Below the pieces are notes generated by a model. The model was not told the origin of the DNA and ran no database searches. It was given only the letters and a program-made list of their open reading frames with translations. A DNA stretch of 64,000 nt. Source: an uncultured delta proteobacterium. Lineage in GTDB: Bacteria > Myxococcota_A > Polyangia > Polyangiales > Houyiibacteriaceae. Positions 1 to 9,664 of the stretch are shown in pieces. The stretch lies in assembly GCA_963699755.1 (NCBI GenBank), contig CAVOVB010000001.1, forward strand, positions 1,600,001 through 1,664,000, read 5' to 3'. The stretch's first letter is position 1, and every line of letters begins with the position of its first letter. Position numbers and translations under genes: made by a program.

Positions 1-939
1 CGCCATCGGGATACGAATCGAAGCGCCACGGTCGGACACGCCGTACTTGAACTCCCGGAAGGACGCGGTTTCGTGTGCCCCTGTGAGACGCTCCTCGAGG
101 CCGGCACCGTAGTGCTTCAGATGCAGCGCGATACGCTCGGGCTGGCCGAGTTTCTCACAGTACTCGTGAATGATCTTCAAGCCGCCATCTTCACGCATCG
201 CCTTGGTGCTGAAGTTGGTGTGGCAGCCGGCACCGTTCCAGTCGCCCTTGGCAGGCTTGGCGTCGTAGGAGATGTCCACGCCGAAGGTCTCCGCGATTCG
301 GCCGAGGAGGTAGCGCGCCATGTACATGTGGTCTCCGACTTCGGTGACGCCTGCCGGTCCGATCTGAAACTCCCACTGGCCGGGCATGACCTCGGCGTTG
401 ATGCCTGAGATCTTCAGGCCGGCCTTGATGCACGCGTCCATGTGTTCTTCGACGATCTCGCGGCCAAACACGTACTCGGCGCCAACGCCGCAGTAGTACG
501 GGCCCTGGGGCCCGGGGTAGCCGCCCTCGGGGAAGCCGAGCGGATAACCGTCCTTCATCATCGTGTATTCCTGCTCCATGCCGTACCAGCAATCGAGATC
601 CTTCAGGCGTTTCTCGGTGTCCTGCGCAGCGCGGCGCGTATTGCTCGGATGCGGGGTTCCACCGTGCGTCACGACCTCGCAGAGCACGAGGATGTTGTCG
701 CCGCCTCGGAGTGGATCGCGACACGCGAACACTGGGAACAGCTGGCAGTCGGAGTCATCGCCGGTCGCCTGGTTGGTGCTCGACCCATCGAAGCCCCAGT
801 TTGGCAGGGCGGCAACACCGGTGATCGCACCGAGAACCTTCTCGATCAGACTCGCCTCGAGCATTCGCGTCTTCGAGCGAAGAAGCGGGGTCGGCTCCGT
901 TCCGTCGATCCAGATGTATTCAGCCTTGATGATACTCAT
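1..939 (-). CDS. glnII: Glutamine synthetase type II (GSII), 3' end runs off the window
   Basis: Translated by hand from ATG at 939: MSIIKAEYIWIDGTEPTPLLRSKTR...WGFDGSST.QA...PQGPYYCGVGA...SGINAEVMPGQWEFQIGP...DWNGAGCHTNFST...RLTGAHET...DRGASIRIP, all GSII motifs. Absent from the ORF track because no stop lies in the window. Confidence 0.93.
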   Translation of the reverse strand, partial: MSIIKAEYIWIDGTEPTPLLRSKTRMLEASLIEKVLGAITGVAALPNWGFDGSSTNQATGDDSDCQLFPVFACRDPLRGGDNILVLCEVVTHGGTPHPSNTRRAAQDTEKRLKDLDCWYGMEQEYTMMKDGYPLGFPEGGYPGPQGPYYCGVGAEYVFGREIVEEHMDACIKAGLKISGINAEVMPGQWEFQIGPAGVTEVGDHMYMARYLLGRIAETFGVDISYDAKPAKGDWNGAGCHTNFSTKAMREDGGLKIIHEYCEKLGQPERIALHLKHYGAGLEERLTGAHETASFREFKYGVSDRGASIRIPMA

Positions 940-1071
940 CGTCACTACTCCTAAAGATGTTCGCGTCGCCGGGGCACCCGCGAGCTGACTCGGCGGTAGA
1001 CCACGGGGTTGACTCCAGGCCGGTGATTTGCCGTACCTGAGAGCTCGTTGCGGGATCTGTGGCTCGCCATT

Positions 1072-1098
1072 GTTTCCAAAAGGTTTCCGACCCCTTTC
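1072..1098 (-). promoter_or_regulatory. Three phased direct repeats GAAAG-n6-GAAAC-n6-GAAAC upstream of glnII (candidate OmpR/GlnR-type site)
   Basis: + strand GTTTC at 1072 and 1083, CTTTC at 1094; 11-bp periodicity. Confidence 0.35.
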
Positions 1099-1355
1099 CT
1101 AGAAGAAAAAAGGGCCTTCGGAGACCGCCTCCAGAAGCGGATTTCGACGGCTGCGCGCCTCCTCGGCCGGTCTGCAGGGCCGAGGCTGTGCTACTGCACC
1201 CAGGATGGCCGGGGCAGCGTGGTTGCGCATTCGTCTAACTAACTCGGAACCATTAGTGAATCACCGGACACGGACATTCGACCCGATTTGCAGCCGCTAC
1301 AGGGCGAGTGTAGAATGTTGGCATAGTTGGCTTTTTCATGTTGGGGAGTTCGTAA

Positions 1356-2651
1356 ATGCGTAAGTCGCTTTCGATTGTGTTCGTAGGCTTGAGTGGTCTG
1401 GCCCTTCTCGCCTGTGGTGGAGACGGTAGCGGATCCTCGCAGCGGTACCGGTGGTACCGGTGGCGTGGTCCTCAGCTGCGCAAGCTTGGTGGCTACCCCC
1501 GCCGACTGCGACAAGGCCTGCTCTTCGGACTCGCAGTGCGAGGCAAGCTTCTGTCAGAACAGCAAGTGTGTCGCGAACTGCACCGCGACCGAAGGCTGTG
1601 GCGCCGGCTCGACCTGCAACACGACACGGGGTCGTTGCGTGCCCGATGTGGGTACCGGCGGTACGGGCGGCACCGGCAACTCGGGCGGCAATGGCTGTCA
1701 GTCGGTGACGATCACACCCACACGAAGCATTCCGAACATCATGTTTCTCGTCGATCAGAGCGGCGTCGATGACCGCCAACTTTGGCGGGGGCGAGGACCG
1801 CTGGGAAGCGGCGCACACTGCGATCACTGGGATCGTCGTCGGACCCACTCGATGACATCGTCCGCTTTGGGTTGACGACTTATACGTCGCGGAACGGATT
1901 CCAAAACGGTCGTACTTGCCCGCGTCTCCCGACGCAGATCGATTTCGCCTTCGACAACTCTGCGACCTTCGAAAGCCAATATCCCTATACCTATCCGTCG
2001 GCCGACGGGGAGGACACACCAACTGGCGATAGCATCGACCTGCTGGTGAGCTCAGATACTGCCGAACCTGCCGGATGACGGCCCAACGATCATTGTGCTT
2101 GCGACCGACGGTCTGCCGGACTCCTGTGAGTGCGCCGACAATTGGCCCAACCCGATCGATAATTCCAACGAATACTGCGAGTCTGGAGCGACCGACCCAC
2201 AAATCGAGGCTGTCAACGCTGCGGCCGCAGCACATGCCGCGGGCATCGACGTCTTCCCCCTCTGGGTGGGTGACCTGAGCGAGAGCCCAACCGACCCCAC
2301 TCGGGTGCACATGCAGGCCGTCGCGAACGCGGGCGTCGGCGGCACCGGCACCGTCTGGGTCGGCGATGATCCAGCGAGCCTCTCCACTGCCTTCCAAAGC
2401 ATCGTGAGCGACAGCATCTCGTGCGACATCCAGATGGACAAGCGCTTCGACGACAAGGAGCAAGGCTTGCAAGGACGGTGACGTGACGTTCAGGGCTCAA
2501 CGACGTGAGCCGCTGAGCTGCCCGATCAATGGCGCGTGAAGCCGGGCGTCGACGACGTGATCGAGCTGGTCGGCAGGCTTGCGACACGTTCAAGAGCGGC
2601 GACGTGACCTTCTCGGCCGAGTTCCCGTGCGGCGCCATCGTTGTCGAGTAG
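1356..2651 (+). pseudogene. Cys/Gly-rich lipoprotein with VWA domain, broken by many frameshifts (pseudogene or assembly errors)
   Basis: Lipobox LLAC at the N-terminus. Consecutive frames give GTGGTGG linkers, Cys-rich repeats, FLVDQSG (MIDAS-like), RFGLTTY, DTPTGDSI, IVLATDGLPDSC, and a C-terminal FPCGAIVVE-stop at 2651. Confidence 0.75.
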
Positions 2652-2654
2652 CGG

Positions 2655-4104
2655 TTACTCGGGCAGCTTGATCTCGAGCTCTTTTCGGGCACCCGCTTCG
2701 ACCCGGACGACTCTCGTTTGGCTAGGTAGCTCTCGACCCGCTTTGACGACGTGCTGCCTTTGGAGAGGCGCGCCTTGACGGGGGCTCTTCCCATGAAGGC
2801 TCCGTCGATCCAAACATTGCCCCAGGGCTGAACGAACACATGGACCCAGCCTTTGCCCGCAGCGGGACCGGCGGCGCTGGCGCTGGCGCTGGCGCTGGCG
2901 CTGGCACTGACGCTGGCACTGACGCTGGCACTGACTCTGGCGCTGGCACTGACGCTGGCGCTGACTCTGGCACTGGCAGTGACGCTGCCACCGACCCCGG
3001 CACCGGAGCTTGCCGTTCGAGCCATCGCGCACCTGTGACGGCTGCGACGATGCTCAAGACCAATGCGCTCGCCTAGCAGGATGGCGCGTGCGGTCTTCCG
3101 GGGCTTGCGCACGCTCAGCGGTGCGATTTTCGCGTTCTCCCATTGGCGCGAAACCCGGCGGACGGCTCAGCTCCGTGTCCCGTTCTTCTTCACGGGCGCG
3201 CACGTGCATCCTGGCCTTTGGACCCCCTCGGTGGCTTTCGACCGTCGACGCAAGCTGCCATCGCAACGATGGAGGAGGCGACACGGCCCCGAGCTCTTCG
3301 ATCAAACGAGCCGCGCTCGGCGTGCGCGCTGCGGGGTCGACCTCGAGCAATCGCTCGATGATTTCTCGAAGCTCCTCCGGCGCATTCGGTGCGACCTCCT
3401 TCAATGAGATTCGGTCGCCCTCCAAAATCTTCTGCATGGTCTCGACGTCATGCGCCCCGTCGAATGGGCGCACCCCGGCCAGCGCCTCGAAGAGAACCAC
3501 GCCGAGTGAGAATAGATCTGCTCGCCCGTCGACAGCCTCGCCGCGCATGTGTTCGGGCGACATGTACGGGACCTTGCCTCTCGCGCTGCGGCTTGCGGTT
3601 GCTTTCGCGTCGTCGAGCGCCTTGGCGATCCCGAAATCGGCCAGCTTTGCCTCACCCGAGCGGCTGAGCAAGATGTTCGAGGGTGAGATGTCGCGATGGA
3701 CGAGGCTTCCGTGCGCATGTTCGAGCGCGTAAGCGAGGTCCATACCAATCAACGCGACCGTATCCGGGGAGAGTTTCTCGCGAGGCAGACGATTTCAGAA
3801 GAGAGCGAAGGTCCAGGCCGTCGACGAGCTCCAGCGTCATGTAGTGGACGCCGCCGATGTCGCCCACGTCGATGACGCCGACGATGTTCGTATGCCGAAG
3901 CTGTGCGGCAAGCACTGCCTCGCGCCGGAATCGCGAGACGAACTCCAGGTCGTCGCTGAACGCCGGCAGAACTCGCTTCAAGCAAACACGCTGCTCAAAT
4001 CCACCCGCTCCAATGCGCGTTGCTTCGAAGGTCTCGGCCATCCCACCTACGCCGAGACGGCGCAGCAAGTAATAGGGACCAAACTCTCGTGGCTCACCGG
4101 CCAT
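2655..4104 (-). pseudogene. Hanks-type Ser/Thr kinase with TM helix, Pro-rich linker and PEGA-like C-terminal domain; about 4 frameshifts
   Basis: LGVGGMAETF and VCLKR (3652..4104 ORF); HRDISPSNILL, DFG, GKVPYMSPE (3054..3752 ORF); TM plus AP/VP linker (2722..3063); VQPWGNVWIDG PEGA-like segment. Confidence 0.85.
2874..2988. repeat. Degenerate 6-bp tandem repeat (GCGCTG/GCACTG/ACGCTG) encoding the kinase Ala/Pro/Val linker
   Basis: Tandem hexamers visible directly. Confidence 0.85.
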
Positions 4105-4178
4105 TGCCCGGGAACACTAGCACCATCGCAAAAGCACTGGCGCGGTGATGACGGGCGATGCAAGGTCCCCCGCCGCTG

Positions 4179-5558
4179 ATGAAATCCGCGTCAGGTCCAT
4201 TTAAGAGCATCGACCGCACCATCTTCCGGCGCCTCTTCGACCTGGCGATGCCGATCGTCGGTTTGAATCTGCTCAGCGTCCTCACCTTGGCGGTTGACAC
4301 CGCGATGTGCGGTCGTTTGGTCGATGCCGAGGAAGCGCTGACGGCACTCGGCTTTGCGGGTCAGCTCGTCTTTTTGCTGATGGTGGCGATGCTCGGGCTG
4401 ACGGTGGGAACGGTCGCTTTCATCTCCCGTGCCCACGGAGCCCGTCAGTCCGATCGCATCAACCACGTTCTTCACCAAAGCATCCTTCTCACCTACCTCG
4501 TGTCGATTGCTGTGGCGATCGTCGGAAACCTCGCCGCCGGACAGATCATGGAGTGGCTCGGCGCCGAAGCAGGAGTGCGCGATCTCGCGGTGAGCTACCT
4601 GCGCCCACTTCTTTCACTCACCGTATTCTTCTACTTGAACATGTTGTTCGCGGCGGCTCTGCGCGCGGTCGGCAACACCATGCTGCCGTTCATGATCGCG
4701 CTACTGAGCAACCTCATCAACATCGTGTTGAACTACGGCCTGATCTTGGGGCGCCTTGGATTTCCCGCCATGGGTGTCCGCGGCGCGGCCTGGGGTACCG
4801 TCATCTCCCAGGCCGTTGCAGTCATCTTGATGGTGCTCATCTTGAGGCGTGACGTCGTCTATGGTGTTCGTGCTCGTCTCGGCTTGGCACGGCTTGATCA
4901 GCCGCTCGCCCGCGATCTCTTTCGCATTGGAGCGCCGGCCGCGCTCGACATGCTGGTGCTCAACATCGCGTTTCTCTCTGTCGTCGGAATGCTGGCGCGG
5001 GTGGCGCAGGTGGCCGTCGCAGCCCACGGCGTTGGGCTGAGAGTTCAGTCTCTGGCGTTCGTGCCCGGGCTCGGAGTCTCGCAGGCCATTGGGGCGATGG
5101 TCGGAAATGCGCTTGGGGCCGGCGACGAGCCTGAGGCGCGTCAAGTCGTCCACGGTGGCATCATCCTGTCGACGGCAATCATGACGTTTCTCGGCTTGTC
5201 GATCGTGTTCGGCGCGACGCCGATTATTGCGATTTTCGATATCGTCCCCGCGACCGAGCTGGGCCGCTATTCGATCCTCTGGATGCAGGTCCTCGGTTGG
5301 GGCATGCCGGTTGTCGGTATCCACATCGCGCTCATCGGAATGCTCCGCGGCGCCGGCGCGACCAGCACCAGCCTGATGATCAACATCGTCGGCACGCTCA
5401 TCATTCAGGTCCCGCTCAGCTGGTTCCTCGGTTTCGTCGTGGGCTGGGACGCGTTTGGGATCTGGGTCGCCGTCCCCATTTCGTTCTTTGTTCGTATGTT
5501 CCTCGGTATTCTCGCCTATCGGCGCGGGGACTGGGCGCGAGCGGGCGCAACCCTCTGA
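4179..5558 (+). CDS. MATE family efflux transporter
   Basis: About 12 hydrophobic segments; VDTAMCGRL, LRAVGNTMLP, NIVLNYGLI, MGVRGAAWGT motifs. Confidence 0.93.
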   Translation: MKSASGPFKSIDRTIFRRLFDLAMPIVGLNLLSVLTLAVDTAMCGRLVDAEEALTALGFAGQLVFLLMVAMLGLTVGTVAFISRAHGARQSDRINHVLHQSILLTYLVSIAVAIVGNLAAGQIMEWLGAEAGVRDLAVSYLRPLLSLTVFFYLNMLFAAALRAVGNTMLPFMIALLSNLINIVLNYGLILGRLGFPAMGVRGAAWGTVISQAVAVILMVLILRRDVVYGVRARLGLARLDQPLARDLFRIGAPAALDMLVLNIAFLSVVGMLARVAQVAVAAHGVGLRVQSLAFVPGLGVSQAIGAMVGNALGAGDEPEARQVVHGGIILSTAIMTFLGLSIVFGATPIIAIFDIVPATELGRYSILWMQVLGWGMPVVGIHIALIGMLRGAGATSTSLMINIVGTLIIQVPLSWFLGFVVGWDAFGIWVAVPISFFVRMFLGILAYRRGDWARAGATL

Positions 5559-5615
5559 TGGGACTCGGCTGAGCAGGGATTTCTCTGCGCCCGGCTCTTT
5601 TGGTAACCTGTGGCC

Positions 5616-6086
5616 ATGTTCAACGCCTTGATTAGGGCGGTGTATCGGGTGGCGCATTGGGGGTTACGGCTTCTGTGGTTCATTCGACGGCCGGAGACGA
5701 CCGGAGCGCTTGTGGCGGTCTGGCACCACGGCCGAGTCCTGCTCGTGAAGAACTCCTACCGAGCTCAGCTCACCTTGCCGGGCGGTTACATCCGACCCCG
5801 TGAAGATCGCCGTACTGCGGCGGCACGCGAGCTCCGCGAAGAGGTCGGCATCAACGTGCAGCCTAAGCGACTGGTCCACGCCTACCACGGCACGCATGTG
5901 TTCGAGCACCGCCAAGACACGCTCGACATCTACGAGCTCGAGGTGGAAGCCGAGCCGAACGTGCAAGTCGACAACCGCGAGGTCGTTCGGGCAGAGTTCG
6001 TCAAGCCCGACGAAGCGCTGAGCATGCAGATCGTGCCCCACCTCGACGAATATCTCTCGAAACGAATCGCGCGGGCGACGCATTGA
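5616..6086 (+). CDS. NUDIX hydrolase
   Basis: Nudix box LPGGYIRPREDRRTAAARELREEVG. Confidence 0.9.
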   Translation: MFNALIRAVYRVAHWGLRLLWFIRRPETTGALVAVWHHGRVLLVKNSYRAQLTLPGGYIRPREDRRTAAARELREEVGINVQPKRLVHAYHGTHVFEHRQDTLDIYELEVEAEPNVQVDNREVVRAEFVKPDEALSMQIVPHLDEYLSKRIARATH

Positions 6087-6721
6087 GCCCGGTGAATCCG
6101 CATGAGGCGCTTCGGCGTGAGGCGCTCCGACTCCACGAGCGCTACCAACGCGAGCTCATCGAGCGCTTTTCGGTTTGTCCCTGGGCGAAGCCAGCGCGAG
6201 CCGAGGGCCGCATTCGCGCACACGTCGTGACCAGCGTATCCTGCAGCCCCGAAGAGCTAGCTCCGATACTGGCCGGTTGGGTGGGCGACCATGCCGTCGA
6301 CGTCGCTTTCGTGATCGCCCCACGCTTCACGGCAGGGGCGGACGCCTTTGCGGACTGGGCGACGTCGCTGGCTGAGCAACAGGGCCGCGTCTTTCTAACC
6401 GCGCCGTTCTACCCGAGCGCTTCCCCATGTGCGGGTTCGATCCAGTATCTGCGGCAAGCACCCGACCCCACCGTTCAACTGGTCCGAAGAAAGCGTCTCG
6501 AAGAGATCCGAGCGCAAGACCCCCCACACTACGCCGATATCTTCGAGCTCGATATGCAGGATCTGAAGACGAAGAAGCCTCCGCAAAGCGTCGCCGCTTC
6601 GGTCGTTTCGCACAACGAGCGAATGATCGAACGCGAGGGAAGGGCAGAGATCCAGGGGATCTTGGATGATATTCGCGGGGACCGGGAGCGGAGCTATGCC
6701 CGGTTGATGCCGTTGCTGTGA
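6083..6721 (+). CDS. Hypothetical protein, DUF1415-like
   Basis: N-terminal LIERFSVCPWAKP resembles the DUF1415 LCPFA motif; 4-nt overlap with the NUDIX gene. Confidence 0.6.
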   Translation: MSPVNPHEALRREALRLHERYQRELIERFSVCPWAKPARAEGRIRAHVVTSVSCSPEELAPILAGWVGDHAVDVAFVIAPRFTAGADAFADWATSLAEQQGRVFLTAPFYPSASPCAGSIQYLRQAPDPTVQLVRRKRLEEIRAQDPPHYADIFELDMQDLKTKKPPQSVAASVVSHNERMIEREGRAEIQGILDDIRGDRERSYARLMPLL

Positions 6722-6837
6722 TGGGGGCAGGGCTTTGGGGCGGGCGTCAGTGTTTGGCTTGGATGTCACCGTTCGGCTTGTGCTGCCGCCGGTGACCGTG
6801 CGGGCGGGGGGTGAGCTGCTTGCGTGGTTAGGTTTAG

Positions 6838-6947
6838 TTACACCGCCCGCCCACCCCCACCCGTAGTCCTCCCTGCCGCGCCTGGCGCTTCGCTTAGGCT
6901 TGGCGGTGCTTCGCGCCGGGCTTCGCCCTTCGGGCTCGCGCTGCCGC
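6838..6947 (+). repeat. Dispersed ~110-nt structured repeat, copy 1
   Basis: TTACACCGCCCGCCCACCCCCACCCGTA...GGGCTTCGCCCTTCGGGCTCGCGCTGCCGC; similar to 9506-9616, 20965-21137 and 48538-48647. Confidence 0.9.
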
Positions 6948-6987
6948 CTGCCGGTTGGGAAGGTTGTTGGTCATGTCTACGTATGGA

Positions 6988-7173
6988 GGGGCGCGGGGAA
7001 ACGCGATGCGGGGGTTCGGCGGCGTGTGAGTGACAATCGGCAAGACAGCAGCCAGCCCCGATTGGCGCGAGCTCCGAGGGGCGCCTTGCGTGGCCCCAGG
7101 CCCCAAGCTCCTCCGGCCACCTTTGCAAGGCGCCCCGTCCGTCGAACCCCCGCGTCGCGTTTCCCCGCGCCCC
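6988..7173 (+). repeat. 35-bp inverted repeat enclosing two internal hairpins (REPIN/MITE-like or structured RNA)
   Basis: Arms 6988-7022 and 7139-7173 (33/35 Watson-Crick); inner stems 7034-7040/7058-7064 and 7078-7095/7115-7136. Confidence 0.85.
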
Positions 7174-7185
7174 GGTATTCCAGCG

Positions 7186-8094
7186 CTAGCGCCCCAGTTT
7201 GCGCTGCAGATACCCGGACGAAATCACCCCCCAGACGGCGCCGACCAGCAGCCCTCCGGTGTGCACCCAGTTTGCGATTGGCCCGACCCACCCTGTGAAA
7301 CCCAGCCCCAGCCAAATCAACATGAACGTCACCAGCTGCTGCGGCATTCGGTAGGGGAAGCTCGGGTCGAGGCGGCCTCGGATCCAGATGAAGGCGAACA
7401 GGCTGTAGACCACGCCGGACATGCCGCCGAAAGTCGTCGGCCCCGACATTGCGTATTCGAGCACGTGCGAGACTGCCGCGGTGACCAAGACGAAGATCAG
7501 CAAGTAGCGCGCAGAGAACACGCGTTCGATCGCGGTGCCGAGGTCCTTCAGCCACCACATGTTGAACAGGATGTGCATGAAGCCGAAGTGCAGGAACATC
7601 GGCGTGAACAAGCGCCAGGGTTGCCCCTCCCAAATTGCGCTCACGTTGCCCCAAACCGCGCCGCCTCGCGTCAGAACCGGAGGGACGAAGGTGAAATAAC
7701 CGACGACACCCATGTTCTCGCCCATGTCGGTCAGAAGGAAGACGACGACGCAGATCGCGATCAGGCCGGTCGTCACCGTCCCAATGCGCATGTTCTGTTT
7801 CGCCTCGATCTGTGCGCGGATCTTTTCGGTCCGCGCCCGGAGTTGGTCGTCGGCTTTGGCTTCTTTCTTGCGTCGCGCGCGGGCCCGCTTCGCCATTTCG
7901 GCGACTCGAGTCGAGCTCGGATCAAAACCATTCAAGAAAGTGCGCGCCTGCTCCATCTGCGTTTCGTCGTGGACCCAAATCGCAATTGAGCCGTCCCGCG
8001 TCTCCTTGAGCGTCGTGAGCACGCCATCTGCATAGAGCGCATCGCCGAGGGTTTTGGCCTCGTCCTGGTCCGCTACGGTCGTCAGCATGCGCAT
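7186..8094 (-). CDS. glpG: Rhomboid intramembrane serine protease (GlpG-like, with N-terminal soluble domain)
   Basis: WRLFTPMFLHFGFMHILFNM, GGMSGVVY (catalytic Ser), ANWVHTGGLLVG (catalytic His). Confidence 0.92.
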   Translation of the reverse strand: MRMLTTVADQDEAKTLGDALYADGVLTTLKETRDGSIAIWVHDETQMEQARTFLNGFDPSSTRVAEMAKRARARRKKEAKADDQLRARTEKIRAQIEAKQNMRIGTVTTGLIAICVVVFLLTDMGENMGVVGYFTFVPPVLTRGGAVWGNVSAIWEGQPWRLFTPMFLHFGFMHILFNMWWLKDLGTAIERVFSARYLLIFVLVTAAVSHVLEYAMSGPTTFGGMSGVVYSLFAFIWIRGRLDPSFPYRMPQQLVTFMLIWLGLGFTGWVGPIANWVHTGGLLVGAVWGVISSGYLQRKLGR

Positions 8095-8127
8095 TGGGGC
8101 CGGAGTGTAGTCGCTTCGATCCGCGTT

Positions 8128-8673
8128 TCAATCGCTGCGAACCAGGGCATACATGAGGCAATCTCGGGGAAGCTCCGAGCGGTTGGGATGCAGGCCGTAC
8201 CGCCGAAGCCGGCCTTCGTATCGCATTCCAACCTTCTGCAGGACTCGCGATGACTGCACATTTTCTTCGTCGCAGAGCGCCTGGACGCGTGCGATTCGCT
8301 GGTCTGCGAAGGCCGCCTCACAGACTTTCGATAGCGCTTCGGGCATGTATCCTTGGCCCCAGAAACGGCTCCCGAGCGCGAAGCCGACTTCCACGCGATG
8401 GAAGTGAACGCTGCATCCGATCGTGCCGGTGAGCATGCGATCGTCTTTTCGCTCGATGAGCCAAACGCGATGCCCCATTCGCAGGTCCCAAGCATCGATC
8501 GTTTGCTGCAAGAATTCCCGAGTCTGTGCAGGGCTCGCGTGTGCGTTCCAAGTCATGTACCGCGTGACTTTCGGATCGCTCGCATAGGACTCGAACGCTG
8601 GCTCCGCATCCTCGACGCGTGGACGGCGCAGCAGTAGCCGCGCCGTTTCCAGCTCGTCGGGGGGAAAGTCCAC
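8128..8673 (-). CDS. GNAT N-acetyltransferase, RimJ/RimL family
   Basis: LETARLLLRRP, EVGFAL...FWGQGYMPEA, ENVQSSRVLQKVGMRYEG. Start placed at GTG 8673 (uncertain). Confidence 0.88.
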   Translation of the reverse strand: MDFPPDELETARLLLRRPRVEDAEPAFESYASDPKVTRYMTWNAHASPAQTREFLQQTIDAWDLRMGHRVWLIERKDDRMLTGTIGCSVHFHRVEVGFALGSRFWGQGYMPEALSKVCEAAFADQRIARVQALCDEENVQSSRVLQKVGMRYEGRLRRYGLHPNRSELPRDCLMYALVRSD

Positions 8674-8740
8674 GGCTGGCGTATAGCATGGCACCGCTTG
8701 GCAATGGATCACTCACCGGTCACCTGGTACGTTGGGCTCG

Positions 8741-9469
8741 ATGTCCAATCGCGATGCGCCACTCGATGAAGCGGCACTGCGCCTATGTGAGGAGCTCGGG
8801 TACTCCTTTGCAGACAACAGCCTCCTGCTGGACGCGCTCACCCACACCTCGTTCAAAAATGAGCGGCCCGACCTTGCCTCGACTGACAACGAGCGCCTGG
8901 AATTTCTCGGCGATGCGGTCATCGATCTCATCGTCGCCTCCCTCTTGTTCGTGCAGTTTCCCGATGCGGACGAAGGCGAGCTGACGCGTCGAAGAGCCGA
9001 TTTGGTCAGCGAGAAGGGTCTTTCCGAAGCCGCCGACACGATCGGAATCGGCGACGCGATGCGGCTCGGCAAGGGAGAACAGAAGTCGGGCGGTCGATTC
9101 AAAACCCGCTTGCTCGCAAGCGCGCTCGAGGCCTGCATCGGAGCGATCTACCAGGATGGAGGCGGGTCCGCGGCCTTCGAAGCGGCTCGCCGGGTCTTCG
9201 AGCCCCGTCTTCACACCAGCGCTCCGGGGCATCGCGACGCCAAGTCACGCGCGCAGGAGTGGGCCCAAGCGAATCTTGGAGGCACCCCGAGCTACCGGCT
9301 GCTCGAAACCGACGGTCCCGATCACGAGCGCGAGTTCACCGTCGCACTCGAGCTCAACGACGAAGAGGTCGCGACCGGTGCGGGCCGCTCCAAAATCGAA
9401 GCCGAGCAGTCAGCAGCGCTCACGGCCCTCGACAAGTGGATCCAAGCCCTCCCCGAACCAGACCAATAA
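8741..9469 (+). CDS. rnc: Ribonuclease III
   Basis: ALTHTSF, NERLEFLGDAV signature, C-terminal dsRBD (GPDHEREF...GRSKIEAEQSAA). Confidence 0.97.
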   Translation: MSNRDAPLDEAALRLCEELGYSFADNSLLLDALTHTSFKNERPDLASTDNERLEFLGDAVIDLIVASLLFVQFPDADEGELTRRRADLVSEKGLSEAADTIGIGDAMRLGKGEQKSGGRFKTRLLASALEACIGAIYQDGGGSAAFEAARRVFEPRLHTSAPGHRDAKSRAQEWAQANLGGTPSYRLLETDGPDHEREFTVALELNDEEVATGAGRSKIEAEQSAALTALDKWIQALPEPDQ

Positions 9470-9505
9470 CGACACCCAGTCCCAACCCACCCGCCCAACC
9501 CACCG

Positions 9506-9616
9506 GCGGCAGCGCGAGCCCAACGGGCGAAGCCCGGCGCGAACGCGCCGCCAAGGCAAAGCGAAGCGCCTGCCGCGGCAGGGAGGAATACGGGTGGGGG
9601 TGGGCGGGCGGTGTCA
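9506..9616 (-). repeat. Dispersed ~110-nt structured repeat, copy 2 (reverse orientation)
   Basis: Reverse complement resembles 6838-6947; lies between convergent rnc and atpC. Confidence 0.88.
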
Positions 9617-9664
9617 CTAAACCAACCCAGGCAACCCACTCACCCCGGCCCCCCCAAACAAAAA

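Noticed and set aside
73..988. Plus-strand ORFs here, and similar long antisense ORFs over atpD, atpA, etfAB and tuf
   Set aside because: Shadow frames of well-supported genes in high-GC DNA, with no recognisable motifs.
1030..1140. Glycine-riboswitch-like fragments (TCTGGAG, CCGAAGG, CTCTCAGGT) on the minus strand upstream of glnII
   Set aside because: The spacing between CCGAAG and CTCTCAGG is too long, there is no GCAA segment or closing P1 stem, and the downstream gene is not a glycine gene.
1319..1333. TGGCATAGTTGGC as a sigma54 promoter for the VWA lipoprotein
   Set aside because: GG-to-GC spacing is 8, not the required 10.
2874..2988. Tandem repeat as a CRISPR or phase-variation tract
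   Set aside because: There are no spacers, and the hexamer units are frame-preserving and encode a Pro/Ala linker.
6824..7298. Short ORFs spanning the intergenic repeats (also 9322-9639 and 20909-21307)
   Set aside because: They are translations of the repeat elements, with low-complexity Arg/Pro/Ala content.
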